A stretch of DNA of 64,000 bases from Methanotrichaceae archaeon (GCA_041946675.1 JBHGAU010000002.1:44651-108650); one strand, 5' to 3'. Positions 1 to 10,428 are shown, counted from the first letter of the stretch. The notes: generated from the sequence alone by a model not told the origin. Made by a program: numbers and translations.

Positions 1-506
1 ATTCTGCCTATCTTTATCTCTCGATGTCTGCTTACTTTGAGTCCTTGGGCATGCGGGGAATGGCAAGCTGGATGAGAGTCCAGGCTGGAGAAGAGCTCGT
101 GCATGCCATGAAGATGTACGATTATGTAGTCGGCGCAGGCGGCAGGGCAAAGATGCTCGCGGTCGAGGAGCCCCAGTTCTCCTGGGCATCGCCGGCTGAA
201 GCTTTCCAGCATGTGTGGAATCACGAGCGTGCTGTTACCGGACTCATAAAAGCTCTAGTCGGAGTCTCGATCTCAGAGAAGGATGATGCAACAAACAAAT
301 TCCTGCAGTGGTACCTGGATGAGCAGGTCGAGGAGGAGGAATCCTCCGATACGGTGCTGAATAAAGTCAAGGCCGCAAGCAGTGATGCAGGCAAGCTTCA
401 GGCTGTGGATAAGGAGCTTGGTCAGAGGCGCTTTAAGTTCCCCAGGGGATATAACATATTTCCATTTGGAACTGAAGGCATGAGCATCGGGTCACTGAAA
501 AGGTAA
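1..506 (+). CDS. ferritin-like iron-storage protein (5' end cut by window edge)
   Basis: ORF 24..506 stays open in the same frame back to position 3 (SAYLYLSMSAYFE...). WMRVQAGEELVHAMKMYDY and FLQWYLDEQVEEE resemble the ferritin di-iron helices. Confidence 0.85.
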   Translation, partial: SAYLYLSMSAYFESLGMRGMASWMRVQAGEELVHAMKMYDYVVGAGGRAKMLAVEEPQFSWASPAEAFQHVWNHERAVTGLIKALVGVSISEKDDATNKFLQWYLDEQVEEEESSDTVLNKVKAASSDAGKLQAVDKELGQRRFKFPRGYNIFPFGTEGMSIGSLKR

Positions 507-614
507 CGGCAACTGCAAAGCAAGATGGTCGCATCTTCCTATCATTTTTTATGACTTATTAGATTGACTTAACTTTGTCATATTGAACAGAGAATTAAGA
601 AATATCATTAATCA

Positions 615-1346
615 TTACACATTCTCTACAGGCTTAAGTATAACGTTCATCGAAGGGTGTGCATGATCGGGCGATTCACCTTTGGTTACCAGATTAGTAA
701 TTATTGGTGCAATTTCCGCCAGCGGCTTGATGAAGTCCACATCATCTATCCTTATGGCGGCCTCAGGCATACTGGGGACATTGGGGTCTTCTTGGACGAT
801 TACCTTTCCGCCCAGCCTCTTTATAACCAGAGATCCAATAGCCCCATCCTGGCCTGCACCTGTCAGGATTACAGCAATAGCTCTATCCTTGTAACTGGTA
901 GCCATTGTTACGAATAGGACATCTGCCGCTGGCCTGGTGAATTGGACCTTATCAAGAGTGGCAAGCGAGAGGGTTCCGTCAGGATTCACCATCAGGTGCT
1001 TATCACGCCTGGCTGTATAGATTGTGCCCCTGGTGAATCTTTCCCCATCCTCCGCCTCTTTAACCTTTAAAGATGTATGCTGGCTAAGGATCCTCGCCAA
1101 ATTGCTCTCAACATGAGGGCTCATATGCTGGACCACCAGTATAGACGCAGGGAAGTCTGCTGGAAGGCTGGAGATTATCTCAGTTATTGCCTTGATGCCA
1201 TCAGCAGAGGCTGCCAGGGCTATGACATCAAAATGACTACCCCCGGAGGCATCTATAGCACCGCTTGTCTTAGATAGTTTTTCATTATTTGACGACTGCA
1301 TGTATTTTCTTAGTACTTCAAAGGATATAACTCTAATGCGTCTCAC
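615..1346 (-). CDS. CheB-type protein-glutamate methylesterase, catalytic domain only (no receiver domain)
   Basis: DVIALAASADGIKAI...ILVVQHMSP...FTRPAADVLFVTMA...ILTGAGQDGA fits the CheB methylesterase fold (Ser/His/Asp region). The likely true start is the internal Met at 1301 (MQSSNN...). Confidence 0.75.
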   Translation of the reverse strand: MRRIRVISFEVLRKYMQSSNNEKLSKTSGAIDASGGSHFDVIALAASADGIKAITEIISSLPADFPASILVVQHMSPHVESNLARILSQHTSLKVKEAEDGERFTRGTIYTARRDKHLMVNPDGTLSLATLDKVQFTRPAADVLFVTMATSYKDRAIAVILTGAGQDGAIGSLVIKRLGGKVIVQEDPNVPSMPEAAIRIDDVDFIKPLAEIAPIITNLVTKGESPDHAHPSMNVILKPVENV

Positions 1347-1493
1347 AACACTCTGTATTATAATTTTAATGTTTGATGCTATTCCAATGCGATAAAGTCA
1401 AGTTAAATTATTTAGCAGTAATCTATACATCTCTCCTAAGGATACCTATATTTACCTCAGAAACATTGCTACAATGCAGCCGAGGTAATACCC

Positions 1494-2219
1494 ATGAAAT
1501 GGACTGCGCTTCTGATAGCATCACTGATGCTTCTGTCCCTTTGTGCTATGGGACTGCCAAATCAATACAGCACAAGAACTTCAGGCGGCGCGCCCACGCC
1601 GATGACTCCAACGAGCCCTGAATCTCTGGGCCTTCAGATGCCATCACCGATAGAATCCTCCCAGGCTCCAGCTGCACAGGAGAATCCAGAGGGTCTGATG
1701 AGCACAAGTCAGGATATGGCCTATTCTGCTGCGCCCCAGGGTGCAAGTTTGATGGCCCCCGGCGCTACGGGCTCCGCAGTTACCCAGATGGTGATCCCGC
1801 CAGGCGGCTACGCTCCAAACATTCTCTATATCGCATTTGCGCCCCAGACTGTGACAGGCTGCTATCTATATGCTAATCTGCCTTTGTGGCTGCAGACTTC
1901 AGGCTATGGCAGCGCCTGGTTCTATGAATGGTATCCAAGTGGACGGCTGGATATTAACTATGCGGGCTACATAAACTATCCCGGATGGTATAAGAGATGG
2001 TTCTTTGCTGATGTGCCGGGCTGGCATATCCTGCAGTATAACTGCAACGGCTGGAGCAACTACGCCTATGTCTATGTTTATGGACAGGGACCAAGCAACT
2101 GGGTCAACCCCGGACCTTATTATCAGCCCAATCCTTTGCCCTATATGCCGCAGGAATCAAATCCCCCGATCTATCCCTTCCCACAAGCCAATCCGCCAAC
2201 AGGCCCCGTGTTCAATTGA
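1494..2219 (+). CDS. secreted hypothetical protein (signal peptide, Pro/Ser-rich linker, Tyr/Trp/Asn-rich domain, Pro-rich tail)
   Basis: N-terminal MKWTALLIASLMLLSLCAMG signal-like segment. Low-complexity PTSPESLGLQMPSP region, then an aromatic-rich YxW segment. No family recognised. Confidence 0.55.
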   Translation: MKWTALLIASLMLLSLCAMGLPNQYSTRTSGGAPTPMTPTSPESLGLQMPSPIESSQAPAAQENPEGLMSTSQDMAYSAAPQGASLMAPGATGSAVTQMVIPPGGYAPNILYIAFAPQTVTGCYLYANLPLWLQTSGYGSAWFYEWYPSGRLDINYAGYINYPGWYKRWFFADVPGWHILQYNCNGWSNYAYVYVYGQGPSNWVNPGPYYQPNPLPYMPQESNPPIYPFPQANPPTGPVFN

Positions 2220-2336
2220 GATAAATCAAGTAAGAATAAATAGAGACGAGATAAAGCTGGGACAAACATAGGGCGAAGCTGAGACGGTTGGATTCATTGA
2301 ACACATGCTCCCTCAGCCCATGCTTTATCTATCATC

Positions 2337-2567
2337 TCATCTCTTCCGCCACTTTCCTGATCTTTCATCCTTCTCATAAACCTGCTTCACAGCCGACCAG
2401 GCAACTTTATGTGCAGTCTCCTCTCTGGATGCATCCCCCTTGCGGTCCTTCGGATTTGCATATTCCTCCCATGCATTATTGAAAGCTTTAAGATAAATCT
2501 CCTGGGCATGCTCCGGCAGATTTTCACGTACACTAGCCGGAAGTTCGTCTATTCTTCTATAAGGCAA
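2337..2567 (-). CDS. chaB: ChaB-family protein
   Basis: PYRRIDELPASVRENLPEHAQEIYLKAFNNAWEEY...DASREETAHKVAWSAVK is the ChaB signature. The ORF track extends to 2639, but a GGAGG lies 7 nt upstream of a TTG at 2567, which gives a normal-length ChaB. Confidence 0.7.
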   Translation of the reverse strand: MPYRRIDELPASVRENLPEHAQEIYLKAFNNAWEEYANPKDRKGDASREETAHKVAWSAVKQVYEKDERSGKWRKR

Positions 2568-2699
2568 CTCTAATCCTCCAATAAGAAATTTAATTCGATT
2601 ATTAATTAATTTTTCTTTTTGAATGCAACCGCAATTCAACCTCGATAATAAACCTCTTAAGGCTGCACATCATTTAGACATCATTCAGGAATCAAGCCC

Positions 2700-3758
2700 A
2701 TGCCAGTCAAACTTCGAATAGCCACATTCAATCTGCTGAATCTGGATAACAAAAGCGGGCGTCCTCCGACCCTAGAGGAGAGGATACCAGTCATGAGGCC
2801 TCAGCTCGTTCGTATTAACGCTGATATTCTCTGCCTCCAGGAGGTATGCGGCCAGGGCGACCGTGGACATCTGCGGCTTGGCGCCCTCAATAAGCTTCTT
2901 GAATGTACGCCTTATGAGGGCTTCCACAGGATATCAACAGTGGCAGATGAGAGGGGGAATGCCTATGAGAGCCATAACAACCTGGTCATACTCAGCCGCT
3001 ATGAGATCGTTGAGCACCATCAGTACCTTCATACTTACGCTCCATCGCCCAGGTATCAGAAGGTCACTGCCCAGCCCGAGGAGCATGAGGCAAAAGAGGT
3101 ATCCTGGGATAGACCGATACTTCATGCGAAGATTAAGCTCCCAAACGATATAACCCTGGACGTTATTAACCTGCATCTGAAATCGAGGCGGCCTACGAGT
3201 ATCCAGGGACATAAGATTGATGAAAGAACCTGGAGGACAGCATCCGGCTGGGCGGAGGGCGTCTTCATATCGTCTATGAAACGGATAGGTCAGGCCCTTG
3301 AGACACGCATTTTGATCGATAAACTCTTCGATGAGGATCCCTCTGCCCTCATAGCAGTATGCGGCGACTTCAATGAAGAGTTTGATGAGGTTGCACTTGA
3401 GGCCATCAGGGGAGATCTGGAGAATACAGGCAACCTCGACCTGGCAATGAGGATCATGGTTCCATGCGAGCGCAATATTCCGGGGCCTGCAAGGTACTCT
3501 TTCCTGCATAACGGGAAGGGGAAGATGCTGGATCATATCCTTGTGTCCAGGACGCTGCTTGCCTATTTCACAGGCTCTGAAGTACATAACGAGCTGCTCC
3601 ACGACGAATCCATAGTCTTTACTCCAAGGGTATTTTATCCCGAGTCGGATCATGCACCTGTCATAGCGCGGTTCGAGCTGCCTGAAGCAAAAATTAAATG
3701 GGCGACGGTTCCTCCTAAGGAGAGAAGATGCGATAGGAGGGGCAGGTGGAACGGGTAG
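2700..3758 (+). CDS. endonuclease/exonuclease/phosphatase (EEP) family protein
   Basis: RIATFNLLNL, ILCLQEV, VCGDFN and SDHAPVIARFEL are the canonical EEP catalytic motifs. Confidence 0.85.
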   Translation: MPVKLRIATFNLLNLDNKSGRPPTLEERIPVMRPQLVRINADILCLQEVCGQGDRGHLRLGALNKLLECTPYEGFHRISTVADERGNAYESHNNLVILSRYEIVEHHQYLHTYAPSPRYQKVTAQPEEHEAKEVSWDRPILHAKIKLPNDITLDVINLHLKSRRPTSIQGHKIDERTWRTASGWAEGVFISSMKRIGQALETRILIDKLFDEDPSALIAVCGDFNEEFDEVALEAIRGDLENTGNLDLAMRIMVPCERNIPGPARYSFLHNGKGKMLDHILVSRTLLAYFTGSEVHNELLHDESIVFTPRVFYPESDHAPVIARFELPEAKIKWATVPPKERRCDRRGRWNG

Positions 3759-4174
3759 TCAGCAAAGAAAATCGTTTTGTGGAAATCTACTGGCTTTAGT
3801 TTATTTTAGGGAGCCGATCTGATATAGTTTTCGTCCAATAAACGAAAATATGTCCTCATTTTGGCCAGAACTTTTGAATATTTTGCGGAGCTGATAGCTA
3901 TGCAGTTATCATCCTTACTCTCTCTTATTCATGCCATTTTAACCGACAGCTTAATATCCATTGATATCTTATTCGACTTTTGTCGAATACAAACTCGTCA
4001 TGCTGCGTTGGAGGGAGATAAATTACCTGATATACGGCTCGCCGCGAATATATTACTATGAATGGCATTGTATAAGTAGTAACATAAGGCATATCTTATT
4101 ATGATCACTACTGTTCATATTATCTAGTAAAGTTCTCGAATAATACTTAGGTCTTTGATCAAGAGGCGAATTAG

Positions 4175-6367
4175 ATGAGGCTTCTTATAGTATCGAACCG
4201 CTTGCCGATCACAGTGCTCGATGAGGGCGAGCTTAAATTTAAAGAGAGCGTAGGAGGTTTAGTCACTGGGCTCAAGGCATACCTGGATACCAAAGGCGCC
4301 CAATCATCCATAGACTACACCTGGATCGGGTGGCCTGGAGCGACCATAAAGGATCAGAACAAAGAAAAATTGAGATCCAAGGTCTATTCAGACCTGCATG
4401 CTTATCCTGTTTTCCTATCTGAGGCTGCCATGGACAAATTCTATCACGGATTTTGCAATAGAACCATATGGCCGCTGTTCCATTACTTCACCTCAAATGT
4501 TGTCTATGATGAGGAAGGATGGGATTATTATAAATCGGTTAACGAGGCATTTTGTGAAGCAATCTTGCAGATAATTCGGCCCGATGATGTGGTATGGATA
4601 CATGATTACCATTTGATGCTTCTTCCAAAGCTCCTGCGAGAGAAAGTTCCGGGCATACCGATAGGGTTCTTCCTGCATATTCCATTTCCCTCATATGAGG
4701 TGTTCCGCCTTCTTCCAACCATTTGGCGTACTGAGCTTCTTGAGGGGCTCCTCGGATCCGATCTGATAGGATTTCATACCCATGATTATACCCAATATTT
4801 CATGCGCTGTGTTCTGCGAATTCTGGGCTATGAGAATAACATGGGACAGATTGCTAAAGACGATCATCTTGTGAGAGTGGACACATTTCCCATGGGAATT
4901 GACTTCAATAAGTTTTATAACGCGAGCCTTAGCCCTAAGGTACAGGCTGAAAAGGATGATCTGAAAAAGGTGCTGGGCGGTCATAAGATCATTCTCTCGA
5001 TAGACCGATTGGATTACACAAAAGGAGTCATCAGCCGACTTCTCGGATACGAGCGTTTCTTGGAAAAGAACCAGCAGTGGTGCGAAAAAGCCGTTTTGGT
5101 GCTCATGGTGGTTCCTTCCAGAACGAAGGTCGAGCATTATCAGCAGATGAAGAGGCAGATCGATGAGCTCGTCGGCCGCATAAACGGCAAGTTCGGAAGC
5201 ATAGACTGGACGCCGATATTATACCATTACAAGTTTATCGAGTTTGACAAATTAATCGCGCTTTATAGCATTGCTGATGCTGGACTTGTCACGCCTCTGA
5301 GGGACGGCATGAATTTGATCGCAAAAGAGTATCTTGCGACGAAAACCGACGGAACGGGCGTCCTGATCCTGAGCGAGATGGCTGGCGCATCAAAGGAGGT
5401 AAGGGAGGCCATCATCATAAATCCGAATGATATCGGAGAGATAGCTTCAGCCCTTCAGGAGGCACTCGAGATGCCTGAGGATGAGCAGATAAGGCGCAAT
5501 AGAATCATGCAGTCGCGTCTCAGACGCCATGATGTGACACAGTGGGCGGATAGCTTCATCCAGACATTGCTCTCTATGAAGGAAGATGAAAGGAGCCTCG
5601 ATTACAAGCTTCTTGGACCATCTGCAAGAGGACAGCTCATAGATGATTTCCTCAAAGCACAGAAGAGGCTTATTCTGCTGGACTATGATGGAACTCTTGT
5701 CAAGTTTGCAAGCCATCCACAGGCTGCAATGCCCACAGATGAAGTAATGAGAATGCTCAAGCAGCTCTCCGAGAATCCTAAGAACGAGGTTGTACTTTTA
5801 AGCGGGCGTGACAGAATCACCCTTCAAAACTGGTTCGGCGTCTTTGGCATCGGTCTGGTTGCAGAGCACGGCGCATGGATTAAAAAGAAGAATGAAGAGT
5901 GGAGGATGTCGAAGCCTTTGACGAGCGATTGGAAACCGAAGGTTCTTCCTATCCTCGAGATGTACTCCGATAGACTTCCGGGCTCTTTCATCGAGGATAA
6001 AGACTTCTCCCTGGCGTGGCACTACCGCATGGCGGATCATGAAAGGGCATCAATAGTCTCAAAGGAACTGCTTGATGATCTGGTAAGATTCACTGCGAAT
6101 ATAGGTGTCCAGGTCCTTCAGGGAAACAGGGTGATAGAGATAAGAAATCCCGGTATGAACAAGGGAGATGCGAGCACTATCTGGCTCGCTGAAAACGGAT
6201 ATAATTTTATCCTGGCAATGGGGGATGACTGGACAGATGAGGATATGTTCAAGATTCTGCCTGAGACTGCCTATTCCATCAAAGTCGGCAGGGCACAATC
6301 TCAAGCAAGGTACAACTTGACGAATCAGTCAGAGGTGATAAGTTTGCTGCAGGAGCTTGCGAAATGA
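4175..6367 (+). CDS. bifunctional trehalose-6-phosphate synthase (GT20) / trehalose-6-phosphate phosphatase (HAD) fusion
   Basis: N-terminal RLLIVSNRLP...WIHDYHLMLLP...LRDGMNLIAKEY (OtsA/GT20). C-terminal LLDYDGTL...GDDWTDEDMF (OtsB HAD motifs). Confidence 0.9.
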   Translation: MRLLIVSNRLPITVLDEGELKFKESVGGLVTGLKAYLDTKGAQSSIDYTWIGWPGATIKDQNKEKLRSKVYSDLHAYPVFLSEAAMDKFYHGFCNRTIWPLFHYFTSNVVYDEEGWDYYKSVNEAFCEAILQIIRPDDVVWIHDYHLMLLPKLLREKVPGIPIGFFLHIPFPSYEVFRLLPTIWRTELLEGLLGSDLIGFHTHDYTQYFMRCVLRILGYENNMGQIAKDDHLVRVDTFPMGIDFNKFYNASLSPKVQAEKDDLKKVLGGHKIILSIDRLDYTKGVISRLLGYERFLEKNQQWCEKAVLVLMVVPSRTKVEHYQQMKRQIDELVGRINGKFGSIDWTPILYHYKFIEFDKLIALYSIADAGLVTPLRDGMNLIAKEYLATKTDGTGVLILSEMAGASKEVREAIIINPNDIGEIASALQEALEMPEDEQIRRNRIMQSRLRRHDVTQWADSFIQTLLSMKEDERSLDYKLLGPSARGQLIDDFLKAQKRLILLDYDGTLVKFASHPQAAMPTDEVMRMLKQLSENPKNEVVLLSGRDRITLQNWFGVFGIGLVAEHGAWIKKKNEEWRMSKPLTSDWKPKVLPILEMYSDRLPGSFIEDKDFSLAWHYRMADHERASIVSKELLDDLVRFTANIGVQVLQGNRVIEIRNPGMNKGDASTIWLAENGYNFILAMGDDWTDEDMFKILPETAYSIKVGRAQSQARYNLTNQSEVISLLQELAK

Positions 6368-6454
6368 ATCGGATGATAAAATATATCGTCTAAGCCGATC
6401 AGTCAGTAGTATGGCCGATTCCATATTCAATTTTGTATTCAATATCCGGATCCC

Positions 6455-6628
6455 TCATCCTTCAAGCCACTTCTCGAACTGCTTCTGGCTGCAGATCTTT
6501 TTGATAATTATCGTGCCATCTCGAAGATAGTCAAGATCAAGCTCACAATCTCCGTTCAGCTTGAGTTTATCTCTGATTTCGGCAGGCAGCTCTATTCTTC
6601 CGTTGGCATCGAGCTTGATGATCGGCAT
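6455..6628 (-). CDS. small SpoVT/AbrB-like domain protein (57 aa, below the ORF-track cutoff)
   Basis: My own translation: MPIIKLDANGRIELPAEIRDKLKLNGDCELDLDYLRDGTIIIKKICSQKQFEKWLEG*. The 'GRIxLPaeIRdkL' pattern is typical of AbrB/MazE-type swapped hairpins. A GGGAG lies just upstream of the ATG. Confidence 0.5.
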   Translation of the reverse strand: MPIIKLDANGRIELPAEIRDKLKLNGDCELDLDYLRDGTIIIKKICSQKQFEKWLEG

Positions 6629-6842
6629 GTTTCTCCCTATAAAGGGCGTTCGAGGTCTTTTTTATTAAGCTTTGTTTTAAGATGAGGTTCATATCAGGAT
6701 TATCTGATGTCCCTGCAGGCCATTATTGAAATTACAGCATATCAGAATAGGCAAGAAAGATCATCCGCCATGATGTGGGAAAAATCCAGAGCAAATATTA
6801 GATATTTTTTGATTTTTCAGAATAACAGGCGGTAAATAGTAA

Positions 6843-6861
6843 ATGATCGTTAAACGATCAT
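6843..6861. terminator. 9+9 nt perfect inverted repeat (ATGATCGTT-A-AACGATCAT) 16 nt beyond the argB stop
   Basis: Read directly from the sequence. It could be a transcript-end hairpin or a protein operator. There is no clear oligo-T on the argB strand. Confidence 0.3.
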
Positions 6862-6876
6862 AAATAAATGGGGAGA

Positions 6877-7752
6877 TCAGCTTCTGCTGATCATAGTGCC
6901 GACGCCCTCGTTTGTCAACAGCTCAAGAAGAATCGCATGAGATTTTCTGCCGTCGATAATATGTGCCTTCTCAACGCCGCCCTGGACAACGCGCACACAG
7001 GCTTCTACCTTCGGGATCATTCCGCCTTTGATGACTCCGCTCTGAACCAGCCTCTCAAAATCAGATATATGGAACTCTGAGATCACTGAACTTGGATCAT
7101 CCGGATTCATGCGGACGCCTTCAACATCGGTTATCGAAAAGAACTTCTTTGCATGCAGGGAGATGGCGATCGCGCCTGCAGCAGTGTCGGCGTTCACGTT
7201 CAGGTTATTGCCATCATTGTCAACGGCTATCGGTGAAACTACAGGGATGTATCCTTTGCCAGCCATGATCATCAATATCTCGGGATCTACATTCTCTACC
7301 TCTCCTACCCATCCGAGATCTACAGGCTCTTTTCCCTTAACTTTGACCGGCGCCTTTTTCCTGGCCTTCAGAAACATTCCATCCTGACCGGACAGTCCAA
7401 TCCCTTTTCCGCCGTACTTTCCAATCATCGACACAAGCTCGGCATTAATATTGCCCAAAAGAACCATTCGAGCGATCTCCAGCGTCTCTTTATCAGTTAC
7501 CCTGAGTCCGCCCACGAACTCTGCCTTTTTCCCGAACTTCTCCATGGCCTCCGAGATCTCTGGCCCTCCGCCGTGGACTATTACAGGCTGAATGCCGATG
7601 TAGCGCAGGAGGACGATATCCTCGATAAAATCCTCAAGGACGTCCTTGTTCGACATTATGGAGCCGCCGATCTTAAAGACCATGATTGAGTCGTAAAACT
7701 CACGTATGTAGGGCAAAGCCTCAATCAGTACCTGCTCTTTCTTATCCGACAC
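6877..7752 (-). CDS. argB: acetylglutamate kinase
   Basis: VFKIGGS...VIVHGGGPEI...NVNADTAAGAIA... is the amino-acid kinase family ArgB pattern. The length of 291 aa fits. Confidence 0.9.
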   Translation of the reverse strand: MSDKKEQVLIEALPYIREFYDSIMVFKIGGSIMSNKDVLEDFIEDIVLLRYIGIQPVIVHGGGPEISEAMEKFGKKAEFVGGLRVTDKETLEIARMVLLGNINAELVSMIGKYGGKGIGLSGQDGMFLKARKKAPVKVKGKEPVDLGWVGEVENVDPEILMIMAGKGYIPVVSPIAVDNDGNNLNVNADTAAGAIAISLHAKKFFSITDVEGVRMNPDDPSSVISEFHISDFERLVQSGVIKGGMIPKVEACVRVVQGGVEKAHIIDGRKSHAILLELLTNEGVGTMISRS

Positions 7753-7783
7753 TTTCCTTCTCCCTATTGCTGTTTTACTATCC

Positions 7784-9496
7784 TTATTCTATGGACATCA
7801 GCACGTCGCCGGGGGAGACGGTCACCCCCTCTTTAACGTAGATCTCCTTGATCATGCCGTCTTTGTTGGCAAATACATTGTTCTCCATCTTCATTGCCTC
7901 AAGTATTGCCACTATATCTCCTTTGGCGACCTTATCTCCTTTCTTCACCTTATATTTGATGATGACACCCTGCATAGGCACGGTGACGCCATTTGTCGGT
8001 GCCTTTGGCTGGACTTCCTGGATTGTCATGCCCGCAGGTGCGACCTTCACAAGGTATGCCTCTCCATCGACTTCAATATTGAACGCCATGGGTTCGGCTT
8101 TGATATTTGCCGCCGATGCTGCAGGCGCTGCCGGCGGCTTCTTGGCGAGAGGCTCTTCAACAGCCGTGCCCTGCAGGAACTTCACTGCAACCTGTGGATA
8201 TATCGCATATGTGAGGTAATCTTCCTCTTTCTTGGCAATCCCGAGGGCATCCAGCTCCTTCTTGGCCTTCTCATACTCGGGTTTGAGTAGATCAGCAGGC
8301 CTGACTGTTATCGGCTCCTCATCGCAGAGCACCTTGAGCCTGACCTTTGGATCGATCATGGCAGGGGACTTTCCATAAAGGCCCTTCACGTAATCTTTGG
8401 CCTCTTTGGGAACCATCTTATACCTATCGCCTGTGATAACATTGAGCACTGCTTGAGTTCCGACGATCTGGCTGGTCGGTGTTACAAGCGGCGGATATCC
8501 GAGATCCTTTCTGACCTTGGGAATCTCTGCCAGCACGTCATCATATTTATCAAGAGCCTTCTGCTCTATCAGCTGGGAGACAAGGTTTGACAGCATGCCT
8601 CCGGGAACCTGATAGACAAGCACATTTGTGTCAACACGGGCTGAAATTGGGTTGAATACTGAGGAATAGACTTCCATTACCTTCTCGAAGTACCTCTTGA
8701 TCTCAGTCAGGGCGCCCAGATCCAGTCCAGTATCGTAGGGTGTTCCCTGGAGCGAAGCCACCAGGCTCTCGGTAGATGGCTGAGATGTGCCTCCGGAAAG
8801 GGGCGATATCGCTGTATCCAGTATATCGACACCTGCTTGGCATGCACGGAAATAGCTCATCTGGGCCATGCCGCTTGTGCAATGCGTGTGCAGGTTTACG
8901 GGCAGGTTGACCTCCTTCTTGATGGCAGTGATCAGGTTGTAAGCATTTTCAGGCGTGATAAGCCCGGCCATATCCTTGATGCAGATGGAATCAGAGCCGA
9001 GCTCGGCGAGCTTGGAAGCAAAGTCAGTAAACTGCTCGATTGTATGAACAGGGCTTATAGTATAGCTCAAAGATCCCTGGACATGAGCTCCCATGCGCTT
9101 TGCAACCTTGATCGATTTCTCCATGTTCCTGATATCGTTAACAGCATCGAAGATTCTGAAGATATCGACGCCATTCACTGCGGCCTTCTCAACGAACTTC
9201 TCAACTATATCATCAGAATAATGCCTGTACCCGACAAGGTTCTGCCCCCTAAGAAGCATCTGCATCTGCGTTTTAGGCATAGCCTTCTTCAGTGCACGCA
9301 AGCGCTCCCATGGATCTTCATTCAAGTACCTAATGCAGGTATCAAAGGTAGCGCCGCCCCACATCTCCAGAGAGAAAAATCCTATCTCATCCATGGCCTC
9401 TGCTATTGGGAGCATATCCCTTGTCCTCATCCTAGTAGCCAGAAGCGACTGGTGAGCATCCCTGAAAGCCGTATCAGTAAGTTTTACCCTGCCCAT
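7784..9496 (-). CDS. pycB: pyruvate carboxylase subunit B (carboxyltransferase + C-terminal biotinyl domain)
   Basis: N-terminal KLTDTAFRDAHQSLLATRMR HMGL-like TIM barrel. C-terminal biotin attachment motif LEAMKMEN. The 570-aa length is typical of archaeal PycB / OadA-like proteins. Confidence 0.85.
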   Translation of the reverse strand: MGRVKLTDTAFRDAHQSLLATRMRTRDMLPIAEAMDEIGFFSLEMWGGATFDTCIRYLNEDPWERLRALKKAMPKTQMQMLLRGQNLVGYRHYSDDIVEKFVEKAAVNGVDIFRIFDAVNDIRNMEKSIKVAKRMGAHVQGSLSYTISPVHTIEQFTDFASKLAELGSDSICIKDMAGLITPENAYNLITAIKKEVNLPVNLHTHCTSGMAQMSYFRACQAGVDILDTAISPLSGGTSQPSTESLVASLQGTPYDTGLDLGALTEIKRYFEKVMEVYSSVFNPISARVDTNVLVYQVPGGMLSNLVSQLIEQKALDKYDDVLAEIPKVRKDLGYPPLVTPTSQIVGTQAVLNVITGDRYKMVPKEAKDYVKGLYGKSPAMIDPKVRLKVLCDEEPITVRPADLLKPEYEKAKKELDALGIAKKEEDYLTYAIYPQVAVKFLQGTAVEEPLAKKPPAAPAASAANIKAEPMAFNIEVDGEAYLVKVAPAGMTIQEVQPKAPTNGVTVPMQGVIIKYKVKKGDKVAKGDIVAILEAMKMENNVFANKDGMIKEIYVKEGVTVSPGDVLMSIE

Positions 9497-10428
9497 GAAG
9501 GTATTCTCCTACAACCTTGTACTTAAATCTCTTCGATCTTGTAGACGAATATGGCTCGCTATTCGATCTCTCTTAGATCTTAATTCTCCAGCAGTGGCCA
9601 TGATGTGTTATATAAAGCTGGTGGATTCGATCACGATCATAATCGATTTTAATTTATAAGCTTAAATTTATATATCGCCCAATGGCTCTATGTTCGCCTA
9701 ATTTGCTCCGACAGACTCTGCAGATTTGCCTCTGATTGAAGATCTGCTGCATATCAAAGCAGATATGGCCAAATAAGCTCCGAATATGCCCGGTTTCATG
9801 ATAAAAAACGTGGCTAATCCCCTCCATTCTACTATTATTACTCGTCTGACTCTTGCTACTAGAAGTAGAATAGACGAGAGCTAGGTCAATCAGACTAGAT
9901 CTCAGAACTCCTGATATGAGGTTATGGCAGGAAGTCTGCCGCGTAAAATCTGGAACGGCGAGTGGCGTTGGTTGAAAAACCATGGATGCCCCCGAATTTA
10001 TTCGAGGGAGCCGTCACAGCGCCCAACAACCTTGCCAGGGCGACATCGCGAAGGTAATTCGTTTGAATTCTCATATAGAGCTAAATGATCAATTTTTCCA
10101 GTGTGATCCTTATATGGTCAGAAAAAGTTATAAATTATCGAGCAATACACTTGGGAGAGAGAAAAAATGAAATCTGAAGAGGAATGCCGAAGTTCAGGGC
10201 ATGATCACGACGCTCAGATTTCGTATAAGCTGGATACGCTGAAAAGATCTAAATCATGCCATTCGGAAACAACTGCAGGAATCTTGTGTTGCCGGTTTTA
10301 TTACTAAGATAATAAATCCGGTTCCATATTCTGGCTCTATCAGAAGCGATTTATACAGATGTGTACAGTTTTAGAATACAAGTGTCTATTAATAATATGA
10401 GAGCCTTGTATTTGTTTGGAGATAAAGC

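Noticed and set aside
2934-3653. 239-aa minus-strand ORF.
   Set aside because: It is antisense to the well-supported EEP-family gene and has no recognisable motifs.
3861-4061. 66-aa ORF in the 417-nt AT-rich spacer upstream of the trehalose gene. Small hairpins are also present (TTTTCGT...ACGAAAA at about 3828-3850 and ATTCGAC-TTTT-GTCGAAT at about 3971-3988).
   Set aside because: The ORF has no RBS and odd composition. The hairpins are short enough to occur by chance in AT-rich DNA. I cannot support a gene or an RNA here.
8837-9526. 229-aa plus-strand ORF, and also 7848..8219.
   Set aside because: Both are antisense shadows inside pycB.
9654-9983. 109-aa ORF with an HExxH motif, considered as a real metallopeptidase gene.
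   Set aside because: Coding character is poor and the N-terminal half is low-complexity. It is kept only as a possible pseudogene in the findings and is not called as a feature.
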